Shown here: piece after piece, positions 33,757 to 46,017 of the stretch | How positions within the stretch are numbered: the first letter of the stretch is position 1 | Layout of the letters: every line of letters begins with the position of its first letter | Origin: Octopus bimaculoides | Lineage: Eukaryota | Length of the DNA: 48,815 bases | Direction of reading: 5' to 3' | Assembly: GCF_001194135.2 (NCBI RefSeq) | Contig: NC_068988.1 | Location: forward strand, 66,449,011 to 66,497,825 | The notes under the pieces: model-generated | Databases searched by the model: none | What the model was told of the DNA's origin: nothing | The model's input: only the letters and a program-made list of their open reading frames with translations | Translations under genes and position numbers: made by a program

Positions 33757-33960
33757 GGGCGAATGGCTTACTGGTTAGGGTGTTGCACTGACGATCGTGA
33801 GAGAGTAGTTTCATTTCTTAGACCCGGTCGTTCGTTGTGTTTTTGAGCAAAATACTTCATCTCATGTTGCTTAGTGATCCCTTGGACACCAGATGCGCTG
33901 TACACCGTCGATTTCATGAAGGGGAATGAAATGATATACGGCATATGCATCTGATCCCTA
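33757..33960 (+). mobile_element. Diverged tRNA/CORE-type SINE
   Basis: ggagggcgaatggcttactggttagggtgttgcactgacgatcgtg...gttgtgtttttgagcaaaatacttcatctca. Confidence 0.65.
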
Positions 33961-34047
33961 TAACAAATCATTTGTGCAGGACCTTTTCACCTTCATTTTG
34001 TCAGCACTATCAACATTGTTACTAGCACCATAGAGATTTTAAATACT

Positions 34048-34084
<37 letters not shown>

Positions 34085-34121
34085 CGGTGGAGGCGGCGTT
34101 GGTCGTGGTTGTAGTAGTAGT
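34048..34121. repeat. (GTA)n microsatellite with GC-rich variant triplets
   Basis: Seen directly. Confidence 0.9.
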
Positions 34122-34638
34122 ATATACTGAAGGCAGAATCACGATATATACTTGTTATATGCTTACAGATGAATCTTTGTATTATAACAGTTTTTTTTGT
34201 TTTTGTTTTTTTGTGGAGGAGTAGTGGTTGCGACGTCATTACGTCTCATCTCCGTCTAAACATTTCGTTGAAATGTTTATCTCAATCATGTAATACAATA
34301 ATTCTTCTTTCTTTTTTCTCATATATTAACAATAGTTCAATATTTCGTCGAGTTTTCTTGCCAGTATTAGCCATTTTTTTTCACATAGTTTCACATAGAA
34401 ACAAAATGCAAAAAAAAAGAAGAGAAAATGCTTCAAAATATCTAAATAGATAAATATGATTGAAGAATAATGTCTAAGTAGCAGAATCAAGTTGAATATT
34501 CTTCGCAATGAATAACAAGAACAGAAACGACATAAACTCACTTTTTGCACTGTTACCACTAAATAATACAACACAACATATACATTACACAATAACTATA
34601 TAACATAAACTACACAATACATATTTTACATAATCAGC

Positions 34639-34961
34639 TGGCACTCTGCTGGTTTCCGCGACGTGGGTTACAATTGACCATATCGATGGAACAGCCTGCT
34701 CGTGAAATTGACGTGCAAGTGGCTGAGCACTCCACAGACACGCATACCCTTAACGTAGTTTTCGGGGTGATTTAGCGTGACACAGAATGTGACAAGGCTG
34801 AACCCTTTGAATTACAGGTACAACTCATTTTTGTTAGCTGAGTGGACTGGGGCAACGTGAAATAAAGTGACTTGATCAAGGACAGAACGCACCACCGAGA
34901 ATTGAATTCACGACCTTACGATCGTGAGTCGAATACGCTAACCACAAAGCCACACGCCTTC
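34639..34961 (-). mobile_element. Chimeric SINE (head and CORE of the 10477 type, tail of the 33287 type) with 11-bp TSD
   Basis: TSD acataatcagc at 34628-34638 and 34962-34972. Head gaaggcgtgtggctttgtggttagcg...cactttatttcacgttgccccagtccactcagc; tail gtacctgtaattcaaaggg...cacgagcaggctgttcc. Confidence 0.88.
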
Positions 34962-35029
34962 ACATAATCAGCATCCACTGATATAACAAAACCACACAAC
35001 GCATACTTTCAAAAGGGGTCAGAGGTTTT

Positions 35030-35460
35030 TCTTGACTCATAGATTCATAAAGCCAGTTTTCCGGGGTCTATGGCCTATTTATCCCCCCACCTGGACGGGA
35101 CACCGATCCGTCGCAGGATTACTCATTTTTGCCAAATAAGTGGATTGGAGCAACATGAAATGAAGTGTTTTGCTATAGATTCTATAGCAACCTGTATGCC
35201 GCAGAACACTGGTGTGCCACGAGACGATCCTAGATGTGTCGCAGTGTAACGTGAATATAATTTTTTTCCCCTATACTTTTAGTTATATTTTTACTTCAGA
35301 TGTGCCACCGAATTTTGAAAAGAATATAAGTGCACCGCAAGTGTAAAGAGGTTGCGGAGCACAGCTCTAGAACCCAACTTATCGTCTGGTCTACAAATCG
35401 AAACCACAATCTTATGATCATGAGTGATGCAACCTAACCACCAAGTTACGTGCCTCCACA
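35030..35460 (-). mobile_element. SINE (32275 family) interrupted by a hAT MITE
   Basis: ccgtcgcaggattactcatttttgcc...aagtgttttgct | insert | ctagaacccaac...ttacgtgcctcca. Confidence 0.75.
35181..35364. mobile_element. hAT-Charlie-type MITE (184 bp) nested in a SINE
   Basis: Right end ggttgcggagcacag then ctctagaa (NTCTAGAN Charlie-type target); left flank ctatagat (6/8 match). Internal tgccgc/gtgtgccac motifs. Left TIR degenerate. Confidence 0.6.
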
Positions 35461-35786
35461 CAACACAAACTTTACATAATCATTATTCAATAATATAACA
35501 TAACCTACACAATACATATTTAAACAATAATTAACCAGCATTAAAACGCACAACATATGGAATACATTTACCGCATAACAAAATAACACAATTCTTATTA
35601 AGCATGCTCCATAGCAGCAAGCAAATAAAAAACCAAACCCAAAGACAACAACACAAGTTCTTCACAACAAAGCAAACAAATACACTTCTATATTCCCAAG
35701 ATACAATACTGCACACAGTTCCAAACACAGAGGTGCATCTGATGATGCAGCAGAAGCTCACATGAAACAGTTAAAAAGCATTATGC

Positions 35787-35787
<1 letters not shown>

Positions 35788-35856
<69 letters not shown>

Positions 35857-35981
35857 TAATAATATTAATAATAAATAATAACAGTAACCATAAGAGTATC
35901 ACAGCAAACCACAGCACATACCCAAGGCACACAGAGCTGCGCTCGGTAGTGAAGTGAAAGCACGTTATAAAAATAAAACAA

Positions 35982-36038
<57 letters not shown>
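35788..36038. repeat. (AAT)n arrays at 35788-35880 and 35985-36038
   Basis: Seen directly. Confidence 0.95.
35881..35985 (+). mobile_element. 3' UTR remnant of a probable R4/Dong-like non-LTR element embedded in (TAA)n
   Basis: Unique 105-bp island between two AAT arrays, ending aaaataaaacaactg|aataataat. Dong-type elements are known to target TAA repeats. No ORF present, so the assignment is inference. Confidence 0.5.
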
Positions 36039-36959
36039 CACAATTTACATCTTTTGTTGAGAATATTTTGGAGAAAAGTAGCTGCAAAATAATAGAATTA
36101 AACACGACAAACCCCCAAAAACATGGAAAGTCAATAAAGTTTTTTCATTAGATTACATCGCTAGACGAACAGAAACTTATGAACTAATGGGCTTTCTTTA
36201 TTATTAATCTTACACTTGTCTGTCGTCATCATGTTGTTGTTTTGCTAAAGATGAAGTAAACAAACTTTCTTTAGTCAATTTCAAATTACACGAAGTTCTC
36301 AACAACTTGTTTATTTATTTTATATTTTCTTCATCAATTCTTTTATATCATGATTCAACTTGACTTTTCCACCATTTTGGATTTTTACTGATTGCCTCAT
36401 GGTTTCTTTCTTGCCTTTATTTAACCTACCATAACCCTTCCATTTGTGTTTTGGTACCAATCGCATAAAACCTAGAACTTCCATTAGTTTTCGGGTTGGC
36501 TTTTGTATATTTTGTTTATACTGTTTGTAACTTGTATTCTTTGTTTTAGTCCTTGCTTTCTATAATCCAATCTATCCATTAGATTAAGTGAAGTAAAGAA
36601 CTAATCAATACCATTACTTATCCAATTGATGTACAAAAATGTTTTCTCTCTCTGATCAACAGAACATCTAACAGGAATTTCCATTAAGGGACTCTGGCAG
36701 AAATAGATTCATTTGCTCTTACTTTCTTGTCATTTAGTAATAGCTCTTTACGTCCCGAGTTCAAATCCTGGGNNNNNNNNNNNNNNNNNNNNNNNNNNNN
36801 NNNNNNNNNNNNNNNNNNNNNNGGGTGGGGTGGGGGGTCGATTTTGTTTTTAACATTTCCGAAGTTGATAAAATAAAATATCAATTGAGTAATTTAATCA
36901 AATACCAATCAAATATATTTAATCGGTACACCTCCTCAGCCTAAATATTTCTTCCTTTG

Positions 36960-37160
36960 TGTCTAAATTCTTTTTATTGAGGGATGGATCTAATCGATTA
37001 CATCAACTCCAGTGATTAGTTAGCGCAATTTAATCGACCCCGGAAGGATAAACGGTAATGTCGACCTCCGCTGAATTTGAACAAAGGGCTTAATGAGGCA
37101 GAAGAAATGCCGTTTAGCATTTTGTCCGGCGTGATAACGATTCTGCCAACCCACCAATTT
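36960..37160 (-). mobile_element. Diverged SINE (11148 family)
   Basis: aatcgaccccggaaggataaacggtaatgtcgacctccgctgaatttgaac...ccggcgtgataacgattctgcca. Confidence 0.75.
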
Positions 37161-37332
37161 ACTTGGTGCCAAAACTTAGAAACAATTATTTCTAAAGAAA
37201 TGGATTGGCACAATTGCAAAGTGACGGGAAAGTGCCATTCTGTATTTGTTCTGGTTTTTAATGTTCTAAGCTCAAATGATGCTGAAGTCACCTTATCCAT
37301 TTATTCTTCCGGAGTTCATGAAAGAAAATACC

Positions 37333-37500
37333 TCAGGCGGCAAGCTGGTAGAATCGTTAGCACACCGGGTAATATTTCACCAAGGTCGACTTCGTCTTTC
37401 TTTCGGAGTCGATAGAATAAGGACCAGTTAAGCACTTAGGTCGATGTAATCGACTTGCCTCTTACCCCGAAATTATTCGCTTGTACCTAAGTTTGAAATT
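37333..37500 (+). mobile_element. SINE (11148 family) with internal deletion
   Basis: aggcggcaagctggtagaatcgttagcacaccggg...aggtcgacttcgtctttc...gggtcgatgtaatcgactt. Confidence 0.8.
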
Positions 37501-38629
37501 GATAAAAAAAAATTGCAGTCAAGTCCTGGGGTCGATATGATCAGTTTGTCTCTTCCTTAAATTTCTAACCTTCAGTCTACGTTAGAAGCTCCGGGAAGAG
37601 ATCATGGTTCCTCATTTTAGATACACTAGAGAGTAGTAATAATACTCCGGAACGTTATAGTACTCACTTGTTGTATCATTGATACTTTCTTATAAAATCT
37701 ACAAAAACGAACTCGTGTTGTAGTTGAAAGTGGAGTAAGAAGACAGAAATATTCAATTGCAAAACATCTAACAAGCTGGCCACATAACACAGTTACTACT
37801 GTTGTTTAGGCCCAAATCTGCTCTAACCCAACAGACATATGCACATAGGTAGCAGGCCGTGCAACTAAGTGGAAACTAAAGATGTTTTATTACAGATATA
37901 CCATGTTACCGAAAAGATATGGATCCATACTTTTTGCTTGCTTTTTTGCATAAATTGTAAGGGGGAGCCGTGTGACACTCTGAACATATAAATACATAGC
38001 TGTCATGGTCTTTGCGACTATCGAACTTGAATCTCTCTATGAGAGGCGTTATGAACAAATTATAAATTAACTGTGTGTACCAATTTCATAACTGTTTCAA
38101 GTGTCGTAGAATTTCTAGGTTCCGTTATGTTTGTTTTCCTAGATAGATGACGGGACAAGACAGAAGGGTTACATGCCCTATTCAAAATACGTGTTAGGTG
38201 AGACAAGATAACTAATGTATATACAGAGTGAAAGGCTGAACGTCTAAATTTTTGTTACCATGCTGTAAAACATGTTAAGGCTACTTAATGAAGACTGGGA
38301 CCCTGAGTTGTCAATTGACCTGCTAGAAATTGGAGCCAAATCTACCTCAGATGAAACCCCATCATCTTAAAAAGGATGGATATGTTAACCCAATGGAAGT
38401 TCACACGCTAGAACATCGAGAAATAATTTCAGTTTACTAATTTAAGAACGAATTACAAAAACAATTGATGAACGATGCCAGGTTGTTGCATATATTTTCA
38501 TTGTTTATTACTTTCAGTCGTTGCTTGCAAGATGCCAAACAACCGAATGTAGAGGGAGACAATCAGTACAGACTAAAAATGCCATAGATATTTGTTTGAC
38601 ATATTTGTTGTCATTCAAAATTGGTATAC

Positions 38630-38647
38630 ATACGTGAATACATACAT

Positions 38648-38680
<33 letters not shown>

Positions 38681-38770
38681 TACATACATACATACAAACA
38701 CACATGCATACATACAAACATACATACATACATACATACATACATACATGCATGCATGCATACATACGTG
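38630..38770. repeat. (TACA)n microsatellite
   Basis: Seen directly; a second tract lies at 39256-39305. Confidence 0.95.
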
Positions 38771-38821
38771 CATTACAACTACAGGTTCATACTAGTAATT
38801 ATTACATACATACGTGCATTA

Positions 38822-39256
38822 CACGTTCAAGTTTATATCTATAATTTTTGAGGCACTGGGATATGTACTGCACTGCTTAAGTACCAATCTAAAATTAAGC
38901 TTCTCAAAACTAGAAAGGAGAAAGCTGATTCGAAGACTACAAATCCAAGCCACCATTGGAACAGTAAAAATCTGTAAAACTTTCCAGAAGTTTAGCATTT
39001 AAGTATATATGCACATGTCTAGACATGCAACTACATGCATGAGAATACATACATGAAACAAAACATAAAATCTGCACGTACACTAACTCTAAACAATGCA
39101 CATATACACACGTACATGCGAAAATACCCTATTTATGTAGAAGCCTTGGATTTTGGTTGCAAAAATACCCTATTGATGAAGAAGCCTTGGATCTTGGTTC
39201 AAAACCGGCTCTTCTTCTAATGGCAAGAAATATTGAAAGAAAAAACTGAATAATGA
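38822..39256 (+). mobile_element. 5'-truncated RLE-clade (R4/Dong-like) non-LTR retrotransposon: ORF C-terminus and 3' UTR, flanked by (TACA)n
   Basis: TFKFISIIFEALGYVLHCLSTNLKLSFSKLERRKLIRRLQIQATIGTVKICKTFQKFSI* resembles the ...P(I/V)(I/V)IGALG...LQ...GT..I.(R/K) terminus after the restriction-like endonuclease. Ends aaaaactgaataatga(cata)n. Confidence 0.65.
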
Positions 39257-39593
39257 CATACATACATACATACATACATACATACATACATAAATTACAT
39301 ACATGTCTACATTATTTATACGTATATACAGCCTTTACTTATTTAGCAAGTCGAGTGACAAGGCAGAACCCATGTCATTGTTTTTGTTTTGTCTAGTTAG
39401 TTGCAGGAACCTTGCATAACTGGCGTATTTTCTTTGGGGTCAATTGTTTAAACGCCTTCAGTATTGCATCAAATAGTAAATACAACATGCAGTCTATATA
39501 ACGTTATATTAGGTATAACTGATAAAAATTAATTGGTAGAGTTAACGTGAATATCTTCTCATGGATACTACTGCGTATACACGCCTTGTATTC

Positions 39594-39607
39594 AGAGAGA
39601 GAGAGAA

Positions 39608-39677
<70 letters not shown>
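39594..39677. repeat. (GA)n microsatellite
   Basis: Seen directly. Confidence 0.95.
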
Positions 39678-39680
<3 letters not shown>

Positions 39681-40037
39681 GTGGGTTGAGTTCACACTTC
39701 CAAAGCGTTTCGTAAATGATAGAACGGCGTTCCTTGATGCTTGTAGTAGATAAAAAAGAAAAGAAAGACAGTTTGATATATAATCAAAAGACATCTCGAG
39801 ACGCCTGTGTCTCCAATTTCAGTAAACTAATCGTTATAAATATATGAAACTTTATCGTTTTTTTCTATCTTCAGAGCAAAATATATCTATTAGGTTATAA
39901 AAGGAACAATATTGTTCATAGAAACTCACATCAGCGCTCATACACACGCCATACTTATACATATGTATGTTTGTATATTATTGCTGTTTGAAATATATAT
40001 GTATTTGTGTATGTGTGCGTGTATATACACACGCACG

Positions 40038-40081
<44 letters not shown>

Positions 40082-40358
40082 GTTTGCTTAATCCAGTGAG
40101 AGATAAATATTATTTAATGTACACAATATACAGTTACAAGCTACAAATAGTTTCATGCACTGGAAATATAGTCCAGGCAAGCTTTAACAAAACGCCTTGT
40201 GCCTCAAAGAGATTGGTTTTATGGGTTGCTACTGCTCTGAGGTTTGTTTTCTTTTATCTCACTTAACCGACAAGAAATATAATTGGCTTTAATGGTGTTA
40301 TGGTCAACCTATGGTTACATCATGCCTGTCATCCTTCTAGGTTCTCAACTCCAATATT

Positions 40359-40587
40359 TGTTTCTTCATTGCCCACAGGGGGCTAAGCACAGAGGACAAA
40401 CAAGGACAGACAAAGGGATTAAGTCCACTACTCCGATCCTAGTGCGTAACTGGTACTTATTTAATCAACCCCGAAAGGAGGAAAGGCAAAGTTGCCTTCG
40501 GCGGAATTTGAACTCAGAACGTAACGGCAGACGAAATACCGCTAGGCATTTCACTCAGCGTGCTAACGATTCTGCCGGCTCGCTGCC
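40359..40587 (-). mobile_element. Full-length SINE (11148 family) with 17-bp TSD
   Basis: TSD ttctcaactc(c/t)aatatt at 40342-40358 and 40588-40604. Confidence 0.92.
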
Positions 40588-42491
40588 TTCTCAACTCTAA
40601 TATTAGCAATAAACTAAGTGATTTAAAATAATATAATCGTTTTATTTCTTTGCTTCTTGCATGCTCGTTAAAGCCACTTTTAGTTTTCTTTAATTTCGAA
40701 TGTTATTTTTCAAAATACCGTTTATCCACCAATGTTGGTTGGAATCATCATAATCCATGTATTATCCAACCTGTTTGACATTTAACTGAAGATGGCTGTT
40801 TATATACTATGATTTAGTCTATGAGTATATCAATAAAATTGTACACAAATAGCTATCATAAATTCTTAACCTCATTTCTTTCTCTATACCTACGCCACAC
40901 CCGGAACCAACCCCAGAGTAGGATCTACGGTTTAAATTGGATACGGATTTACATATCAGCAGTATTCTACCAACACTTCATACCGTCAGTGTTGCTTATC
41001 CCACTGTGAACTCAGAGCTGGTTGTACCTAGCCATTTCAGGCGCCCTACGTGTTGATGTGCGTGGGTTTTATTGGATCCTATAACTAATTTTCCCGTGTG
41101 TGTGTGTGGGTGTGTGTGTGTGTGTGGGTGTGTGCGTGTCTGTGTGTGTATGTCCCACCGAGGCTTGGCAACAGGTGGTGATGTGTTTACATCGCCCCCA
41201 CCCCGTAGCCTAGTGGTTCGCAAAAAGGGCACGATAGAATAAGTACACGCATAAAAACCATACGGAAAAAGAAAGAAATGCCCATCCACACACGCATTTT
41301 TATTTATTTATATGTAAGTGCATATATTCATTTATGTGTGTGTATTATGTGACGTTTACCTTCCTGTGAGCATTTATATGTCAACCAATACACACATACA
41401 TACATCATAAATATGAATATTTCTATATTNNNNNNNNNNNNNNNNNNNNNNNNNNNNNNNNNNNNNNNNNNNNNNNNNNNNNNNNNNNNNNNNNNNNNNN
41501 NNNNNNNNNNNNNNNNNNNNNNNNNNNNNNNNNNNNNNNNNNNNNNNNNNNNNNNNNNNNNNNNNNNNNNNNNNNNNNNNNNNNNNNNNNNNNNNNNNNN
41601 NNNNNNNNNNNNNNNNNNNNNNNNNNNNNNNNNNNNNNNNNNNNNNNNNNNNNNNNNNNNNNNNNNNNNNNNNNNNNNNNNNNNNNNNNNNNNNNNNNNN
41701 NNNNNNNNNNNNNNNNNNNNNNNNNNNNNNNNNNNNNNNNNNNNNNNNNNNNNNNNNNNNNNNNNNNNNNNNNNNNNNNNNNNNNNNNNNNNNNNNNNNN
41801 NNNNNNNNNNNNNNNNNNNNNNNNNNNNNNNNNNNNNNNNNNNNNNNNNNNNNNNNNNNNNNNNNNNNNNNNNNNNNNNNNNNNNNNNNNNNNNNNNNNN
41901 NNNNNNNNNNNNNNNNNNNNNNNNNNNNNNNNNNNNNNNNNNNNNNNNNNNNNNNNNNNNNNNNNNNNNNNNNNNNNNNNNNNNNNNNNNNNNNNNNNNN
42001 NNNNNNNNNNNNNNNNNNNNNNNNNNNNNNNNNNNNNNNNNNNNNNNNNNNNNNNNNNNNNNNNNNNNNNNNNNNNNNNNNNNNNNNNNNNNNNNNNNNN
42101 NNNNNNNNNNNNNNNNNNNNNNNNNNNNNNNNNNNNNNNNNNNNNNNNNNNNNNNNNNNNNNNNNNNNNNNNNNNNNNNNNNNNNNNNNNNNNNNNNNNN
42201 NNNNNNNNNNNNNNNNNNNNNNNNNNNNNNNNNNNNNNNNNNNNNNNNNNNNNNNNNNNNNNNNNNNNNNNNNNNNNNNNNNNNNNNNNNNNNNNNNNNN
42301 NNNNNNNNNNNNNNNNNNNNNNNNNNNNNNNNNNNNNNNNNNNNNNNNATATATATACATGTATGTATGTATAAATGTGTATACACACAGAAGCATATGT
42401 GTACGAATAAATATATATGCATATATGTACATGTATACTTATATAGAATACACACACACTCATACACACACACACACACACATACACAAAC

Positions 42492-42538
<47 letters not shown>

Positions 42539-43914
42539 CGCATAGAAACATCTTAGTGTGAGTGCAAGGCAGAAGAAACCCCATTAGAAAAATCTTCCAA
42601 CTTTTATTAACGTTGTATCCACTGACAATTTTCTACTTTATTCTCCTCTTTGCAATACATAAAATGGTTTTTCCTCGTTGATCGTATTTATCATCCACAT
42701 CTGACATGATCATCAAAGACATTGAAAGAACCAAAGTGTAAGGAAAGGGAGTGTGGGTTGTGGAATGATGTTTAATAAAACGTCACATACTCCAACATTA
42801 ATGCCACTTAACGGACATTATCAAACTTTCTACTGTATTAGTTACTCACAAACTTAATACGGTTTCTCTTGCTTTCTCTCGCCATTTTGTTCATGTGTTA
42901 GAGACATAGCTGTAGCCAATTCTCTTGTTGTCGTTGCTCTTCTTCTCCTCTACTGGATGGAGGTGATAGAGGTGGAAGGAAGCTGTATCTAGATATATAA
43001 CTAAGAAAAGGTCTTGTGAATATTCTCGACATAATTTACGTTTCCATTTGGAAATGCTAAATTGATATCTTTACTTTCAAGCATCTACATATTTATAAGA
43101 GAGTGAGATTAAGGTTATGTGACTGTCACACCTTGCTCAGTAATGTCAGAGCTTTTATAAACGTACTTGTATTGTCTTCTACTGGGAATCGAAACCAACT
43201 CAATGAACCGCGAACTTTCTTTCCACCAAATAGAATTTGTCACAGCTTGAAAGATAAATTGTGGAAATGCGGTTGTAACAGTTGTTATTTATTTATTCGA
43301 ACATGGATCTCGAAGCACATACAGCTATAAAAAGTAGCATGTAAAATTGGAGTCAAAAAGTCTTTTGGATAGAAAATATCGAGGCTTCTCTCGACTTTTT
43401 TCTATCTAAAAGTGTTTTTCAACGCAATATTTTCGTAGTATTATTTATAGTTTGTGTTTCAAAATCCATAGTATCAACTAGAATTATTTAACCTTCTCTC
43501 GAAGTTTCTCAATTTTTATGATGTCATCTACAGTTGTTATTGTTTAACTCCAGATCAGCCCTGGTCTTGCAGACCACTGATCAAGGGTGTTTCAGATGTG
43601 ACCATCCTATCATTATCTTCTCGCTGCATAATATATCTGAACACTACGATTCACGGAATCAAACTCTGCCAAAGATTGGAAGAATTATAAATAATCAGTT
43701 GTTCAGCTCCGAAGAAGTGAGTTCTTTGGTGTGCATGAGTCATGTGTGACTTTGAGCACGTTAATTACCTTTTTTAGTCACTATAAACGAACTGTTAATT
43801 CTTTTGTTCACGTCTACTATAGACTTAAGAATTTAGAGCAGACACTTTAATTCAACCTAACTCCAAAGAAAGCATTAGATCTACGAAAGAAATGAAACTT
43901 TGGTACCAACTTGC

Positions 43915-44210
43915 AAAATGAGACTGTAGGACGTACTATAGACATATGTTGATGGTACCTACTTTCCACTAAGTTGACTGTGGCACCTACTCATGTAGGA
44001 ATATTATTGCATCTATATTCAAAGTAAGTCTTGGAACCTATTAGATAGGTGAGATTTTAGTGCCTACATACAACTTAGTGGACTGCGGTACCTACTAATA
44101 TAAAGGTGAACTATGATACCTATTAAAGAGGTGAAACTGTGATAGTTACTTATAAAAGAGAGACTGTGATAGTTATTTCAGAGGCGAAAGAGCGGTACTT
44201 ACTTACAACT
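43915..44210. repeat. Degenerate minisatellite, unit roughly 30 bp
   Basis: Recurrent (ag)gtgagactgtggtacctact-like units: gagactgtaggacgtact, gatggtacctact, gactgtggcacctact, gactgcggtacctact, gaactatgatacctatt, gaaactgtgatagttact. Confidence 0.6.
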
Positions 44211-44416
44211 AGGTAGACGGAGCTATTAATAGTTATTGCCTGAAATCTAGACGAGTGAAACAGCACAACAACAGAGGGAGTCTATAACCCACCAAACTGT
44301 CGGGTGTTTCTCCGATATTCTATTAGCTCCAACTTCACTTCCTTATTCGTTATCTGTTTTAATATATGTGTGTTTATATTCATTTAAGGAGTATTAGTTT
44401 GTATGTTCTTTGTATA

Positions 44417-44793
44417 TTCTTTTATTCTTTTGTTTATTTTTAGTCGTTTGACTGCAGCCATGCTCAAGCACTGAATTTTAGTCGAAGAAATCGACCTCAG
44501 GACTTATTCTTTGTAAGCCTGGTACTTATTATATCAGTCTCTTTTGCCGAACCACTAAGTTATGGAAACGTAAGCACACCAACGCCGGGGAAACAAATAC
44601 AGATACAAAGACACACACATAAATACATATATACAAACACTACGGGCTTCTTTCAGTTTCCTTCTACCAATTCCACTCACAAGGCTTTGGTCGGCCCGAG
44701 GCTATAGTAGAAGACACTTGCCCAACGTGCCACGCCGTGGGACTGAACCCGGTACCATGTGGATTAGAAGCAAGTTTCTTACCACGACTGCGG

Positions 44794-44797
<4 letters not shown>
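44417..44797 (-). mobile_element. SINE with internal microsatellite
   Basis: tagtcgtttgactgcagccatgc...gggcttctttcagtttcc...gtgggactgaacccgg. Confidence 0.9.
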
Positions 44798-44841
<44 letters not shown>

Positions 44842-45764
44842 NNNNNNNNNNNNNNNNNNNNNNNNNNNNNNNNNNNNNNNNNNNNNNNNNNNNNNNNNNN
44901 NNNNNNNNNNNNNNNNNNNNNNNNNNNNNNNNNNNNNNNNNNNNNNNNNNNNNNNNNNNNNNNNNNNNNNNNNNNNNNNNNNNNNNNNNNNNNNNNNNNN
45001 NNNNNNNNNNNNNNNNNNNNNNNNNNNNNNNNNNNNNNNNNNNNNNNNNNNNNNNNNNNNNNNNNNNNNNNNNNNNNNNNNNNNNNNNNNNNNNNNNNNN
45101 NNNNNNNNNNNNNNNNNNNNNNNNNNNNNNNNNNNNNNNNNNNNNNNNNNNNNNNNNNNNNNNNNNNNNNNNNNNNNNNNNNNNNNNNNNNNNNNNNNNN
45201 NNNNNNNNNNNNNNNNNNNNNNNNNNNNNNNNNNNNNNNNNNNNNNNNNNNNNNNNNNNNNNNNNNNNNNNNNNNNNNNNNNNNNNNNNNNNNNNNNNNN
45301 NNNNNNNNNNNNNNNNNNNNNNNNNNNNNNNNNNNNNNNNNNNNNNNNNNNNNNNNNNNNNNNNNNNNNNNNNNNNNNNNNNNNNNNNNNNNNNNNNNNN
45401 NNNNNNNNNNNNNNNNNNNNNNNNNNNNNNNNNNNNNNNNNNNNNNNNNNNNNNNNNNNNNNNNNNNNNNNNNNNNNNNNNNNNNNNNNNNNNNNNNNNN
45501 NNNNNNNNNNNNNNNNNNNNNNNNNNNNNNNNNNNNNNNNNNNNNNNNNNNNNNNNNNNNNNNNNNNNNNNNNNNNNNNNNNNNNNNNNNNNNNNNNNNN
45601 NNNNNNNNNNNNNNNNNNNNNNNNNNNNNNNNNNNNNNNNNNNNNNNNNNNNNNNNNNNNNNNNNNNNNNNNNNNNNNNNNNNNNNNNNNNNNNNNNNNN
45701 NNNNNNNNNNNNNNNNNNNNNNNNNNNNNNNNNNNNNNNNNNNNNNNNNNNNNNNNNNNNNNNN

Positions 45765-45794
<30 letters not shown>

Positions 45795-45797
<3 letters not shown>

Positions 45798-45956
45798 CTC
45801 GTAAAAATACACACAATGCACACGCACACAGCACGCCTGAACACAGACAATATACACTTCGCACACAGCATGCATAAATACATACAACTTTCGCAAATAA
45901 ACATACATAATGCACATGCACACTATACAGTCACACACACACTTCATGCACTAACA

Positions 45957-46017
<61 letters not shown>

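Noticed and set aside
38143-38197. AG/GT-bounded 55-nt segment (IDDGTRQKGYMPYSKYVL)
   Set aside because: Phase and sequence do not fit the exon expected after ...KGSLQ; no homology recognised.
39170-39212. ttgatgaagaa...ttcaaaaccggctc as a hammerhead in the RLE-element UTR
   Set aside because: Needs changes in both core halves, and the tandem duplicate does not preserve the motif.
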